64,000 nt of DNA, taken from an uncultured Chloroflexia bacterium. Lineage in GTDB: Bacteria > Chloroflexota > Limnocylindria > Limnocylindrales > CSP1-4. The notes under the pieces were generated by a model. It searched no databases, had not been told where the DNA came from, and saw only the letters and a program-made list of their open reading frames with translations. Each line of letters opens with the position of its first letter. Positions within the stretch are counted from its first letter, which is position 1. The stretch is from assembly GCA_963766735.1 (NCBI GenBank), contig CAVYBU010000003.1:96001-160000 (forward strand). The letters are read 5' to 3'. This document shows positions 34,107 through 43,490 of this stretch, piece after piece. A program made the position numbers and the translations under genes.

Positions 34107-36004
34107 ACGACGCCTACCTGGTCCCACGCCCGGAGCGCGATCGTCGCCCGATCCGCTTCCTCGCGTTCGGGCTGGCGGCGATCGTGGTTTTCGGCCTCCT
34201 CACCACCCGGCTCGGATACCTGCAGCTGTCGAACGGGCGCGAGTACGCGGCGCAGGCGGAGGCGAACCGAACGGCGGAGGTGGCGGTGCCGGCACCTCGC
34301 GGCCTCATCTACGACCGAGCCGGCGAGCCGCTGGTCACCAATATCGCAACCTTCGCCGTGCGGATCACCCCGGCCAACCTCCCCTTCAGTCGCCGCGACG
34401 ACGTCGCGAGCCGTCTCGGGGGCCTGCTGGGCATCGAGGCGTCGGACATCATCACGACGCTCGACGGCACGCCTGGCTCGAGGTTCGACCCCGTTCGGAT
34501 TGCACAGGACGTCCCCGAGGACGTGGCACGCGTCGTCGCCGAATCGTCGGACGAGCTGCCCGGCGTCCGGGTCTCGGTCGAGACCCGACGGGAGTACCCG
34601 GACGGTCCGCTTCTCTCCCACATCCTCGGGTATACGGGACCCGTCGACGGTCCCACCCTCAAGAGGCTCGCTGACAGCGGGTACCTGCCCGACGACATGA
34701 TCGGCAAGGCCGGGGTGGAGGCGAGCTTCGAGTCGGCACTGCGCGGGACGTACGGCATTGAGCTGGTGGAGCGCGATGCCACCGGACGGGACCTCCAGGT
34801 GCTGCGGACCGAACAGGATGCGAAGCCGGGCGCATCACTGACGCTGACGATCGACCGGACCGTCCAGAAGGAAGCCACGGCCGCGCTCAAGTGGGGCATC
34901 AAGGCAGCAGGCCTCAAGCGCGGCGTGTTCATCGTCATGAACCCGCAGACCGGCGAGGTGCTCGCGCTTGTCAGCCTCCCCTCGTACGACAACAACCTGT
35001 TTGCGAAGGGGATCTCCAACAAGGACTTCCAGGCGCTCGTCGCGAACAAGGAGAAGCCCCTGACCAACCATGCGGTGCAGGCGCATTACCCGCCGGGCTC
35101 CACCTACAAGCTGGTCACCGGCACCGGCGCCATCCAGGACCGCAAGATCACGGCCGCGACGAAGATCCGGACGAAGCCCTACCTGCTCCTGGGATCGACC
35201 CGCTTCTATGACTGGAACCGCCGCGGCTTCGGGGCCTGCAACATGAACTGCGGGTTCGGGCACTCGTCCGACACGTACTTCTACCAGCTCGCGGGCATGC
35301 TCGGGGCGGATCGCCTGGCCTACTGGGGCAAGATGTACGGCTTTGGCACACCCACCGGCATCGACCTGCCGGGCGAGGCGGCCGGCATCGTGCCATCCAA
35401 CGAGTGGAAGATCGACGCCTTGGGCCAGCCGATGTTCGCCGGCGAGGTCTACCAGTCTGGCATCGGGCAGGGCTACGACGTCGTCACGCCGATCCAGCTG
35501 ATCAACGCTTTTGCCGCGCTGGCCAACGGCGGCAAGCTGTACCGCCCGCAGCTCGTCCGCGAGATCGTCGGGCCCGACGGCGAGGTCGTCCAGTCGTTTG
35601 AGCCGGATCTGATCCGGAAGTTGCCGGTCTCGGCCAAGACGCTGCGGTCGATGCGGCTGGCGGCCCGCTCCACCGTCACCCTCCGCCACACGTACAACCT
35701 GGTGGACATGCCCGTGAAGGTGGCCGGCAAGTCCGGCACGGCGGAGTTCGGGAACCGTGACAGCAAGGGTCGCCTGCCGTTCCACTCCTGGTTCGTCGGG
35801 TTCGTGCCCAAGGACCCGTACAAAGCCGACTTCACCAAGGCCACTTCCGAGCTGGTGTTCCTCGCCTTCGCCTACGACTCCCGGACAAAGGGCAACGCGG
35901 CGACGGAGATCGCAAAGGCGTTCCTCCAGAACCACTTCCACATCAAGAAGGACTACCTGAACCGCGACCTGCTCAAGCGCGGCAACTTCTACCAGAGCAA
36001 CTAG
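34103..36004 (+). CDS. mrdA: Penicillin-binding protein 2 (class B)
   Basis: APRGLIYDR, YPPGSTYK (SxxK), SSDTYFY (SxD variant), GKSGTAE; lies between mreD and rodA. Confidence 0.93.
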   Translation: MNDAYLVPRPERDRRPIRFLAFGLAAIVVFGLLTTRLGYLQLSNGREYAAQAEANRTAEVAVPAPRGLIYDRAGEPLVTNIATFAVRITPANLPFSRRDDVASRLGGLLGIEASDIITTLDGTPGSRFDPVRIAQDVPEDVARVVAESSDELPGVRVSVETRREYPDGPLLSHILGYTGPVDGPTLKRLADSGYLPDDMIGKAGVEASFESALRGTYGIELVERDATGRDLQVLRTEQDAKPGASLTLTIDRTVQKEATAALKWGIKAAGLKRGVFIVMNPQTGEVLALVSLPSYDNNLFAKGISNKDFQALVANKEKPLTNHAVQAHYPPGSTYKLVTGTGAIQDRKITAATKIRTKPYLLLGSTRFYDWNRRGFGACNMNCGFGHSSDTYFYQLAGMLGADRLAYWGKMYGFGTPTGIDLPGEAAGIVPSNEWKIDALGQPMFAGEVYQSGIGQGYDVVTPIQLINAFAALANGGKLYRPQLVREIVGPDGEVVQSFEPDLIRKLPVSAKTLRSMRLAARSTVTLRHTYNLVDMPVKVAGKSGTAEFGNRDSKGRLPFHSWFVGFVPKDPYKADFTKATSELVFLAFAYDSRTKGNAATEIAKAFLQNHFHIKKDYLNRDLLKRGNFYQSN

Positions 36005-36018
36005 GGGATCGCGACCCG

Positions 36019-37179
36019 ATGCGCGTGATGCGGGCGGAGCCAAACCGTTTCGCCGACATGACCTCGCGGTCGATCGGTGCGGCCTGGCGTTCCTATGACC
36101 TGCAGCTCACCACGTACGCGGCGTTGCTCGCGGCCATCGGCCTGGTCATGGCCTACACCAACAGCGTCGAGGCCGGCCAGTCGGTCCTCACGGGCGGAAC
36201 GGTCTTCTCGCGAGCCCTCATGTGGTCCGCGCTGGCCATGATCGTGTTCGTGCTGGTCACCCTGTTCGACTACCGGTGGTTCAAGACGCTGGCCTGGCCG
36301 ATCTACGGGATCAACGTCGGGCTGCTGATCCTGACCCTCGCCATCGGCGACGGTGTCGGCGGCTCGGCGCGCTGGGTGGCGGTCGGGCCGTTCACGTTCC
36401 AGTTCTCCGAGCTCGCGAAGATCCTGATGATGATCGTGCTGGCGACGTACCTCGGCAACCGGGAAGGCCACCTGGACTCGATTTCGGCGATCCTGGGCGC
36501 CTGCCTCCTCATGGGTCCGCCGTGGATCCTGGTCATGCTGCAGCCGGATCTGGGGACCTCCCTCGTCCTCGCCTCGATCCTCGCCGGGATGCTGTTCATG
36601 TCCGGGGCCAGCCTCCGCTGGCTCCTCGCGATGGCGGCCGGCGTGCTGGCGGCGATCCCATTGGCCTGGACGTACGTGCTGCGCGACTACCAGAAGGACC
36701 GGATCCTTTCGTTCCTGGATCCCTCCGCAGACGCGCAAGGGTCCGGCTGGCAGGTGATCCAGTCCCAGATCGCGGTCGGATCGGGCGGTTTCTTTGGCAC
36801 CGGTCTCACCAACGGCACCCAGAGCCGAGGCGAGTTCCTGCCGGTCCAGGAGAGCGACTTCGTGTTCGCCGTGCTCGCCCAGGAGCTGGGGTTCATCGGC
36901 GCGCTCGTCGTGTTCGTGCTGTTCGCCGCGCTGCTGTGGCGGATCCTCGCCTGCGCCTGGCGGTCGCGGGATCCGTTCGGGACCCTGTTCGGGGCCGGGC
37001 TGGCCACCATGGTGCTGTTCCAGGTCTTCGTCAACGTCGGCATGGTGATCGGGATCCTGCCGGTCACCGGCATCCCGCTGCCGTTCATCACGCACGGCGG
37101 GGCATCGCTGGTGAGCATCGCCATCGGACTGGGGATCGTGCAGAGCGTCAACATCCGCCAGCATCGCGCGGAGTGGTGA
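36019..37179 (+). CDS. rodA: SEDS family peptidoglycan glycosyltransferase RodA
   Basis: GSARW, FQFSELAK, QPDLGT, SQIAVGSGG, DFVF..LAQELG, PVTGIPLPF..GG. Confidence 0.93.
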   Translation: MRVMRAEPNRFADMTSRSIGAAWRSYDLQLTTYAALLAAIGLVMAYTNSVEAGQSVLTGGTVFSRALMWSALAMIVFVLVTLFDYRWFKTLAWPIYGINVGLLILTLAIGDGVGGSARWVAVGPFTFQFSELAKILMMIVLATYLGNREGHLDSISAILGACLLMGPPWILVMLQPDLGTSLVLASILAGMLFMSGASLRWLLAMAAGVLAAIPLAWTYVLRDYQKDRILSFLDPSADAQGSGWQVIQSQIAVGSGGFFGTGLTNGTQSRGEFLPVQESDFVFAVLAQELGFIGALVVFVLFAALLWRILACAWRSRDPFGTLFGAGLATMVLFQVFVNVGMVIGILPVTGIPLPFITHGGASLVSIAIGLGIVQSVNIRQHRAEW

Positions 37180-37207
37180 CGGCAGCGGCGCTGGCAGCCA
37201 GTCGCAA

Positions 37208-37951
37208 TCAGCGCCGGCGGAAGAGCCCTCGCCGCTGAGGCTGGACGGGCGCCGTGGCCCGGCGTCCATGGGAGCGCAAGAGGCCGTCGATCTCGAATTG
37301 ATACGTCCGGCCGACCGGCATTCGCTCCAGCCACTCCAGGTATTCGAGATCCGTCCGTGCTATCTCGCCCAGCGTCCAGCCGGAGTACCGACCGAAGTTG
37401 AGGAGGCTCCCGGACGGGTTGCCCGGTGGCGGTCCGGCGGACCCGGCGCCCTGGGCAGTCCCCATCGTCCGCGGGTCGTAGCCCCCGCCGGCTGCCGAGC
37501 GTCCGGCCGACCAGTCGGGTGAGACGGGGTTTGAGTGGTGGCTTGACTGGCCCCCCGCATCGTGTCCGCCCTGGAACGGTGGCGTTGGTCGCCGACCCGG
37601 CGTTGCGGCACCCGTCACGCCCGATCCGCGCTCCCCACCCGTCGCTCGAGACTGTCCTGGGTAGTCGGTGGTTCCCGGTTGCGACCGGACGTGCCTGTGT
37701 GCGTTGGCGGCGGCCACGCGTGCCGCAGAGTCGGCGGCACGCGCCTGAGCCCTGTCCACGGCTGCACGACGGACCGGGTCCCGCAGCATCTCCCAGGCCT
37801 GGTTGATCTGGACCATGCGCTGTTGCGCGTCGGGTCCGGTCGTGACGTCCGGGTGGTACTCGCGGGCCAGCCTCCGGTAGGCCGCCCGGATGACATCGTG
37901 ATCGGCCTTGGGGTCAACCTGGAGGATCTTGTAGGGGTCGGGGCTGCTCAT
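37208..37951 (-). CDS. J-domain protein with a small C-terminal FGRY-type domain
   Basis: DPYKILQV..AYRRLAREYHPD..INQAWEML; C-terminal LNFGRYSGWTLGEIARTDLEYLEWL. Confidence 0.85.
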   Translation of the reverse strand: MSSPDPYKILQVDPKADHDVIRAAYRRLAREYHPDVTTGPDAQQRMVQINQAWEMLRDPVRRAAVDRAQARAADSAARVAAANAHRHVRSQPGTTDYPGQSRATGGERGSGVTGAATPGRRPTPPFQGGHDAGGQSSHHSNPVSPDWSAGRSAAGGGYDPRTMGTAQGAGSAGPPPGNPSGSLLNFGRYSGWTLGEIARTDLEYLEWLERMPVGRTYQFEIDGLLRSHGRRATAPVQPQRRGLFRRR

Positions 37952-38077
37952 CGCAGCCCATCGGTGACCGCGCGGACCCGGCACCCGGACCCGCGGACGG
38001 AGCACGATCGCCCGGGCCGGATCGGTTGACCGGGATCCATCGGGACAGCAGGCCGCATCGGCGGCAGACTAGCACGC

Positions 38078-38890
38078 GTGACCGGCGACCCCGCACCCCC
38101 TCAGCCCACCCCTCTGCCGCCGCGGCAGCCTGTCCAGCGATGGCGGCTCGTCCTGGCTCGAGCCCCGCTTGCCCTGGGTGACGCCCAGCGATCGCAGCAG
38201 ACGGCCTGGGAGACTGCGCTCGCGGGATCTGGGCTTCCCGTGGCCGGGCTGGACGGGCCGCGAGGCCGGCCTCGCTTCGCCGCCGCCGCGCCGCTGGCCG
38301 CTGCCATCCCCGGCGAGGCGGAGCTGCTGGACGTGTGGCTCACGCAGCGGCTCCCGCGCTGGCGGGTCCGCGAGGCGCTGGCGGCCGTCCTCCCGCCCGG
38401 GCATTCGATGGGGGACGTATACGACGTATGGCTCGGCGAGGCGCCGCTGCCGGGACGCGTCACGGCCTCGGTCTACCGGGCCGTCCTGCCGCCGGACGCC
38501 GACCCCGCGGCCGTCCGGGCTGCGGCCGAAGCGCTTCTCGCTGCGGGGGCGCTCCCGCGCGAGCGGCGGAAGGGTGAGGCCATGATCGCCTACGACCTGC
38601 GGCCGTTCGTGCAGGCGATCGAGGTCGCGGAGGTCGATGCCGTCCCCGGCGGCGGCATCCCGATCGTGGGCCCGACCCTCCGGATGACGCTCCGGCACGA
38701 TCCCGAGAAGGGCATTGGCCGGCCCGAGGACCTCCTTGCCGCGCTCGAGGAGCAGGTGGGGTTCGCCCTGGAGATCCGCTCTCTCGTCCGCGAGCGGCTG
38801 GTCCTGGCGGCGTTGCCCGTCGCGGAGGAACCGGGGCCGCGACGTCGACGAACGCTCCCCGTCCGGGCGCCAGCGGGTCGCGCTTCGTAG
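38078..38890 (+). CDS. DUF2344 / radical SAM-associated family protein (divergent)
   Basis: WETALAGSGLPVA....RPRFAAAAPL..IPGEAELLD, R.RKG....DLRP, GRPEDLL. Confidence 0.7.
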   Translation: MTGDPAPPQPTPLPPRQPVQRWRLVLARAPLALGDAQRSQQTAWETALAGSGLPVAGLDGPRGRPRFAAAAPLAAAIPGEAELLDVWLTQRLPRWRVREALAAVLPPGHSMGDVYDVWLGEAPLPGRVTASVYRAVLPPDADPAAVRAAAEALLAAGALPRERRKGEAMIAYDLRPFVQAIEVAEVDAVPGGGIPIVGPTLRMTLRHDPEKGIGRPEDLLAALEEQVGFALEIRSLVRERLVLAALPVAEEPGPRRRRTLPVRAPAGRAS

Positions 38891-39058
38891 CGGAGCCTTG
38901 ACCCGCGGCGGCGACCCGGCTGCAGATGACGCACGGGCGCTTTGACGCACGTGGCCGTTCCGCTCTACACTCTCCGTTCGCGCCCGCGATGGTCGCAGGC
39001 GTATCTCCGTGTCCGCGCCGCGATCCCCCGCGGCCGCCATCGCTCTTTCCGAGGACCC

Positions 39059-39730
39059 ATGTACGCAGTCATCGAGACCGGCGGGAAGCAGTACCGCGTC
39101 GAGGTCGGCACCGAGCTCGAGGTGGAGCTGCTCGACGTCGAGCCCGGCCAGTCGATCACGCTGGAGCGCGTGCTCCTTGTCGCCGACGGAGCCGAGGCCG
39201 CCATCGGCACCCCCATGGTGGACGGCGCGGCCGTCGAGGCCGAGGTCGTCGGCCAGACCCGCGGTGACAAGGTCATCGCGTTCAAGTACCGCCCGAAGGC
39301 CCGCCGCCGCGTGAAGAAGGGCCACCGCCAGGATCTGACGGTGCTCCGTATCGCGGACATCCGCTTCAACGGCAAGAGCGCCGCGGAGGGCGTCGAGAAG
39401 CCGGCGAGCAGCAAGGCTGCCGAGCGCCGGATGATCGAGGAGGCCGCGGCCCGCCAGGCGGCCGAGGACGCTGCCCTCGCCGCCAAGCTCGCGGCGACTG
39501 CTGCGCCCACCAAGGAGCCCACAGCACCAAAGCGCACCCGCACCAAGGCGGCCCCCGCCGAGACGCCCGCAGAGGCGGTGGCCCCCGAGGCCGGCGAAGC
39601 CGCGACAGCCGAGGCCGGCGAAGCCGTGACAGCCGAGGCTGCACCGGCGACCGAGAAGGCCCCGAAGGCAAAGAAGACCCCGGCAGCGGCGCCGCGCAAG
39701 CGGACCACCGCCGCGAAGAAGGACGAGTAA
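39059..39730 (+). CDS. rplU: 50S ribosomal protein L21 with long C-terminal extension
   Basis: MYAVIETGGKQYRV..KGHRQ; RBS GAGGA. Confidence 0.96.
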   Translation: MYAVIETGGKQYRVEVGTELEVELLDVEPGQSITLERVLLVADGAEAAIGTPMVDGAAVEAEVVGQTRGDKVIAFKYRPKARRRVKKGHRQDLTVLRIADIRFNGKSAAEGVEKPASSKAAERRMIEEAAARQAAEDAALAAKLAATAAPTKEPTAPKRTRTKAAPAETPAEAVAPEAGEAATAEAGEAVTAEAAPATEKAPKAKKTPAAAPRKRTTAAKKDE

Positions 39731-39733
39731 GCG

Positions 39734-40015
39734 ATGGCCCACAAGAAGGCAGGCGGCAGCGTCAAGAACGGCCGCGACAGCGCTGGTCAGAGACTCGGCG
39801 TCAAGGCCGGCGACGGCCAGCTGGTCCGGTCCGGCTCGATCATCGTGCGCCAGCGCGGGATGACGTTCAAGGCGGGCGAGGGCACCGGGCTCGGCCATGA
39901 CTACACGATCTTCGCCAAGGTTGACGGGCGCGTGCGCTTCGAGCACGAGACCCGCGACAAGAAGCGCGTCCGCGTGATCCCGGTTGCGGTCGAGCAGGCC
40001 GCGGCCGAGGCCTAG
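39734..40015 (+). CDS. rpmA: 50S ribosomal protein L27
   Basis: [24 protein letters not shown]. Confidence 0.98.
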   Translation: MAHKKAGGSVKNGRDSAGQRLGVKAGDGQLVRSGSIIVRQRGMTFKAGEGTGLGHDYTIFAKVDGRVRFEHETRDKKRVRVIPVAVEQAAAEA

Positions 40016-40087
40016 AACCTCTCCGCCCAGCCACAGCGGCGACCACCGGCGGGCCTGACCCGCACGGACGGCGCCTGAGGAGCCCCC

Positions 40088-40300
40088 GTGAAGCCCAATA
40101 CGCACCCCAAGTACCACCTCGCGAAGATCCACTGCGGTTCGTGCGGCCTGGATTTCGAGCTCGGCTCCACGCGCGAGGAATTGCGCGTGGACGTCTGCAG
40201 CAACTGCCACCCGTTCTTCACCGGCAAGCAGAACATCATCGACACTGCCGGCCAGGTCGAGCGCTTCCAGCGCCGCATGGAGCGCCAGGCCCGCGCCTGA
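40088..40300 (+). CDS. rpmE: 50S ribosomal protein L31 (Zn-binding type)
   Basis: HPKY, CGSC, CSNCHPFFTG, DTAGQVERF. Confidence 0.97.
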   Translation: MKPNTHPKYHLAKIHCGSCGLDFELGSTREELRVDVCSNCHPFFTGKQNIIDTAGQVERFQRRMERQARA

Positions 40301-40339
40301 CGCCGGGCGGGGATCTCCCCCGTCCCCCCGTGGCAACCC

Positions 40340-40365
40340 GAACGGCGCCCGCCAGGGCGCCGTTC
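40340..40365. terminator. Probable bidirectional terminator hairpin
   Basis: GAACGGCGCCC-GCCA-GGGCGCCGTTC between convergent genes. Confidence 0.7.
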
Positions 40366-40391
40366 CTGATTCGCGGTCCCGGACGACTCGG

Positions 40392-41165
40392 CTACAGCTC
40401 CCGGTGCCGGAACACCGCGATCGCTCCCCCCAGCGCGGCCGCGATCAGGACGAGGGACCCGATCACGGCGGTCGCGAGGCGTGCGCCATCCACCGCCGCA
40501 CCGGTGCCCGCCGCCAGCTCGATCGCCGGGACCGTCAGCCCTGTTGGCAGGAACCGGTCGAGAGCGGGGGAGATGGCCAGCAGTCCGATGCCGACCAGGG
40601 CGACGAACCCGAGACCTGCAGCGGCCATGGTGGAGCCCGTGACCGCCGACGCGAGGAACGTCAGTGATGCCCAGGCGACAAGCGACAGCCATGACAGCGC
40701 GGCCATCGCGAGCCAGCCGCCGATGGGGAGAGGCTCGAACAGGATCGCCGTGTAGACCCAGGCCACGACGCATGCCAGCAGCGTCGCGATCCCGAGCACG
40801 ATTGCGATCGCGAGCAGCTTCGCCGCCAGGAATGCGGGGCGCCCCACCGGCTGGGCGAGCACCATCGCGACCGTCCCCCGGTCCAGCTCTCCCGAGACGC
40901 TGCCCATCGCAAGCGCGATCGCGGCCAGCGCGCCGAGCTGTCCCATGTTCTTCTGGAGCTGCTCCAGGGCCATTGCGGCCGTGGGTTCAGGCAGGATCAT
41001 GGGGAGCTGGTCGCCGAGCGCCAGGTCCAGGATCTCATTCAGGTACCGGGCGGTCAGCGGCGACAGGATGCCGATGACGAGGAACATCACCGCGAGAACG
41101 GGAAGGCGCCGTGTCCGCCACGACTCCATGAGTTCCTTGCGCAGGAGGATGCCAAACCCGCTCAT
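40392..41165 (-). CDS. ABC-2 type exporter permease
   Basis: LRKELMESWRT, six TM segments, GELDRGT..LAQPV.R..FLAAK. Confidence 0.88.
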   Translation of the reverse strand: MSGFGILLRKELMESWRTRRLPVLAVMFLVIGILSPLTARYLNEILDLALGDQLPMILPEPTAAMALEQLQKNMGQLGALAAIALAMGSVSGELDRGTVAMVLAQPVGRPAFLAAKLLAIAIVLGIATLLACVVAWVYTAILFEPLPIGGWLAMAALSWLSLVAWASLTFLASAVTGSTMAAAGLGFVALVGIGLLAISPALDRFLPTGLTVPAIELAAGTGAAVDGARLATAVIGSLVLIAAALGGAIAVFRHREL

Positions 41166-42532
41166 GCGGCCGTCTCCCGCGTGCCGCCGGTCAACCGGAG
41201 GAAGACATCCTCCAGGGTGGGACGGGCCCGTGCAACGGAGATGACGGCCAGGTCCTGCGCCCCGACAAGCTGCAGGAGCTCGCGGGCAGCCACGCTGGGG
41301 TCACCCACGGCCACGGTCAGCAGACCGTGGTCCACGCCCACGGCGGTCACCCAGGTCAGCCCGCGCAGCCGCGCGGCCAGCGCCTCGACCGCCGCCTCCT
41401 GCCCGGGCTCGGCTTCGACCCTCCAGACTGGCAGCGCGTACCTGTCCAGCAGGTCCTCGAGGGGTCCCTCTACGACCAGCCTCCCGTGGTCCAGGATCCC
41501 GACGCGGTCGCAGATGCGCTCCACGTCCGCCAGCACGTGGGTGGAGAAGAGGACGGTGGTCTCGCCGCGCAGGGCGGCGATCAGGCCCAGCACGTCCCGC
41601 CGGCCCTCGGGATCCAGGGCGCTGACGGGCTCGTCCAGGATGACGATGGGCGGGTGGTGGACCATCGCCCCAGCGATCCCGAGCCGCTGGCGCATGCCGC
41701 CCGAGTACGTGGCGGCTCGCCGGTCCGCGGCGCCGACCAGATCCACGCGGGCCAGCGTGTCGTCGATCGCGGCCTCGAGGACCGAGCCCTCCATCCCGTG
41801 CAGGCGCCCGAGAAGGCGGATCTGTTCCCGGCCGGTCATCCAGCCGTAGGCTCGAGGATCCTGCTCGAGGTAGCCCAGGCCGCGGCGCGCGGCGAGCACA
41901 TCCCCCTCGACGACCGTGCCGCCCACGATGGCACGCCCGCCGGTTGGTCGGGTAAGCCCGGCCAGCAGACGCAGGCAGGTGGTCTTGCCGGCGCCATTGG
42001 GTCCCAGGAGGCCGAACACCGACCCGGTCGGGACGGCCATCGACAGCGCGTCGAGCGCGATCACCCCGCCGGGAAAGCGCTTGGTGAGCCCCTCGACCCG
42101 GATCGCGGCGGGCGCGTCGGGCAGCGGCGCCCGCGGTGGCGGAGCGGGCGCGGCATCGACGGGAGCGACCGGGGACGCTTTGGTCCGCGCGACGTCGGCG
42201 GGCCCTCCCGGCGCAGCCACGCCCGCCTGCGGCCCGACCAGGATCGGCGGGTCGTGCGGGCTCCCCCAGCCAGGCACGGCGCCCGGACCCGGGCCACGTG
42301 TCTCTGATGGCCCCTCGTCCCGGCCGACCAGGAAGTACAGGATCGGGCCCAGGAGGTTGACGAACACGATGATGAGCGCCCAGACGCCCTTGTTCCCGCC
42401 GCGCACCCGGCGATCATCCCGCAGCAGGTCCACGACGGCCACGACCGTCAACCCGAGCTGGATCACCAGCAGCGGCACGACGAGCAACAGGATGCCCGGG
42501 TCGAAATTGCCCAGATCCGGGATGTTCACCAT
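41162..42532 (-). CDS. ABC ATP-binding protein with N-terminal PLDc_N-like two-TM domain
   Basis: RGGNKGVWALIIVFVNLLGPILYFLVGR, Pro-rich linker, GPNGAGKTT, YSGGMRQRL, LDEP. Confidence 0.88.
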   Translation of the reverse strand: MVNIPDLGNFDPGILLLVVPLLVIQLGLTVVAVVDLLRDDRRVRGGNKGVWALIIVFVNLLGPILYFLVGRDEGPSETRGPGPGAVPGWGSPHDPPILVGPQAGVAAPGGPADVARTKASPVAPVDAAPAPPPRAPLPDAPAAIRVEGLTKRFPGGVIALDALSMAVPTGSVFGLLGPNGAGKTTCLRLLAGLTRPTGGRAIVGGTVVEGDVLAARRGLGYLEQDPRAYGWMTGREQIRLLGRLHGMEGSVLEAAIDDTLARVDLVGAADRRAATYSGGMRQRLGIAGAMVHHPPIVILDEPVSALDPEGRRDVLGLIAALRGETTVLFSTHVLADVERICDRVGILDHGRLVVEGPLEDLLDRYALPVWRVEAEPGQEAAVEALAARLRGLTWVTAVGVDHGLLTVAVGDPSVAARELLQLVGAQDLAVISVARARPTLEDVFLRLTGGTRETAA

Positions 42533-42643
42533 GCCCTCCAAGGTAGTACCTGGCAGCCGGTCCTGTCACGGCGCGCTGTAGACTCAGCAGTGCCTGCGAC
42601 GCATCACGTCGCGGCAGTCCCGACACGTCCCCGGAGGAGCACC

Positions 42644-43465
42644 ATGACCGACGACCGCGAGCGCTGGGCCCTGATCCTCGGGGCGTCCTCCGGGATGGGC
42701 CAGGCCACCGCGCTCGCGCTGGCCGCGAATGGCTACCGCATCGCCGGCATCCACCTCGACTTCCGCGCCGCCCTCGCGCACGTGGAGGAGGTCAAGGGCC
42801 AGATCACCGCACTCGGGTCCGAGGCGCTCTACATCAACATGAACGCGGCCGACGACGAGAAGCGCCGCGCGGCCCTCGTGACGCTCGGCGAGCGCTTCGA
42901 TCGATCGCGTGCCGAAGGCCGGCATCCGTACGTGCGCGTCGTCATGCACTCTCTCGCCTTCGGGTCGCTGGTCCCGTACCTGGCCGAGGATCCGAAGGCC
43001 GCCGTGGACCGCAAGAAGATGGAGATGACCCAGGACGTCATGGCGAACAGCCTCGTCTACTGGGTGCAGGACCTCTGGCGGGGCGGGTTCCTGGAGCAGG
43101 GCTCCAAGATCTACGCGATGACGTCGGAGGGCTCGACCCGCGTGGTCCCGAGCTACGGCGTCGTCTCGTCCGCCAAGGCGGCGCTCGAGTCCCACACCCG
43201 GCAGCTGGCGATGGAGCTGGCGCGGCTGGGCACGGGGGTCACGGCCAACACGATCCGCGCGGGCGTCACGAAGACCCCGGCTCTGATGAAGATCCCGGAG
43301 CACGACGCCATCATCGAATCCGCCACGCGGCGGAACCCCACCGGACGGATGACGACGCCCCAGGACGTGGCCAGCACGATCCTCGCGCTGTCCGGCGAGG
43401 GAACGGAGTTCATCAACGGCGAGGTCATCGGCGTCGACGGTGGCGAGTACATCACCGGGTCGTAG
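42644..43465 (+). CDS. SDR family oxidoreductase (enoyl-ACP reductase FabL/FabI-like)
   Basis: LILGASSGMG, YGVVSSAK (Yx6K), TPAL, NPTGR; RBS GGAGGAG. Confidence 0.8.
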   Translation: MTDDRERWALILGASSGMGQATALALAANGYRIAGIHLDFRAALAHVEEVKGQITALGSEALYINMNAADDEKRRAALVTLGERFDRSRAEGRHPYVRVVMHSLAFGSLVPYLAEDPKAAVDRKKMEMTQDVMANSLVYWVQDLWRGGFLEQGSKIYAMTSEGSTRVVPSYGVVSSAKAALESHTRQLAMELARLGTGVTANTIRAGVTKTPALMKIPEHDAIIESATRRNPTGRMTTPQDVASTILALSGEGTEFINGEVIGVDGGEYITGS

Positions 43466-43490
43466 CCGGACAGGAAGGGGCGTCACTCCG

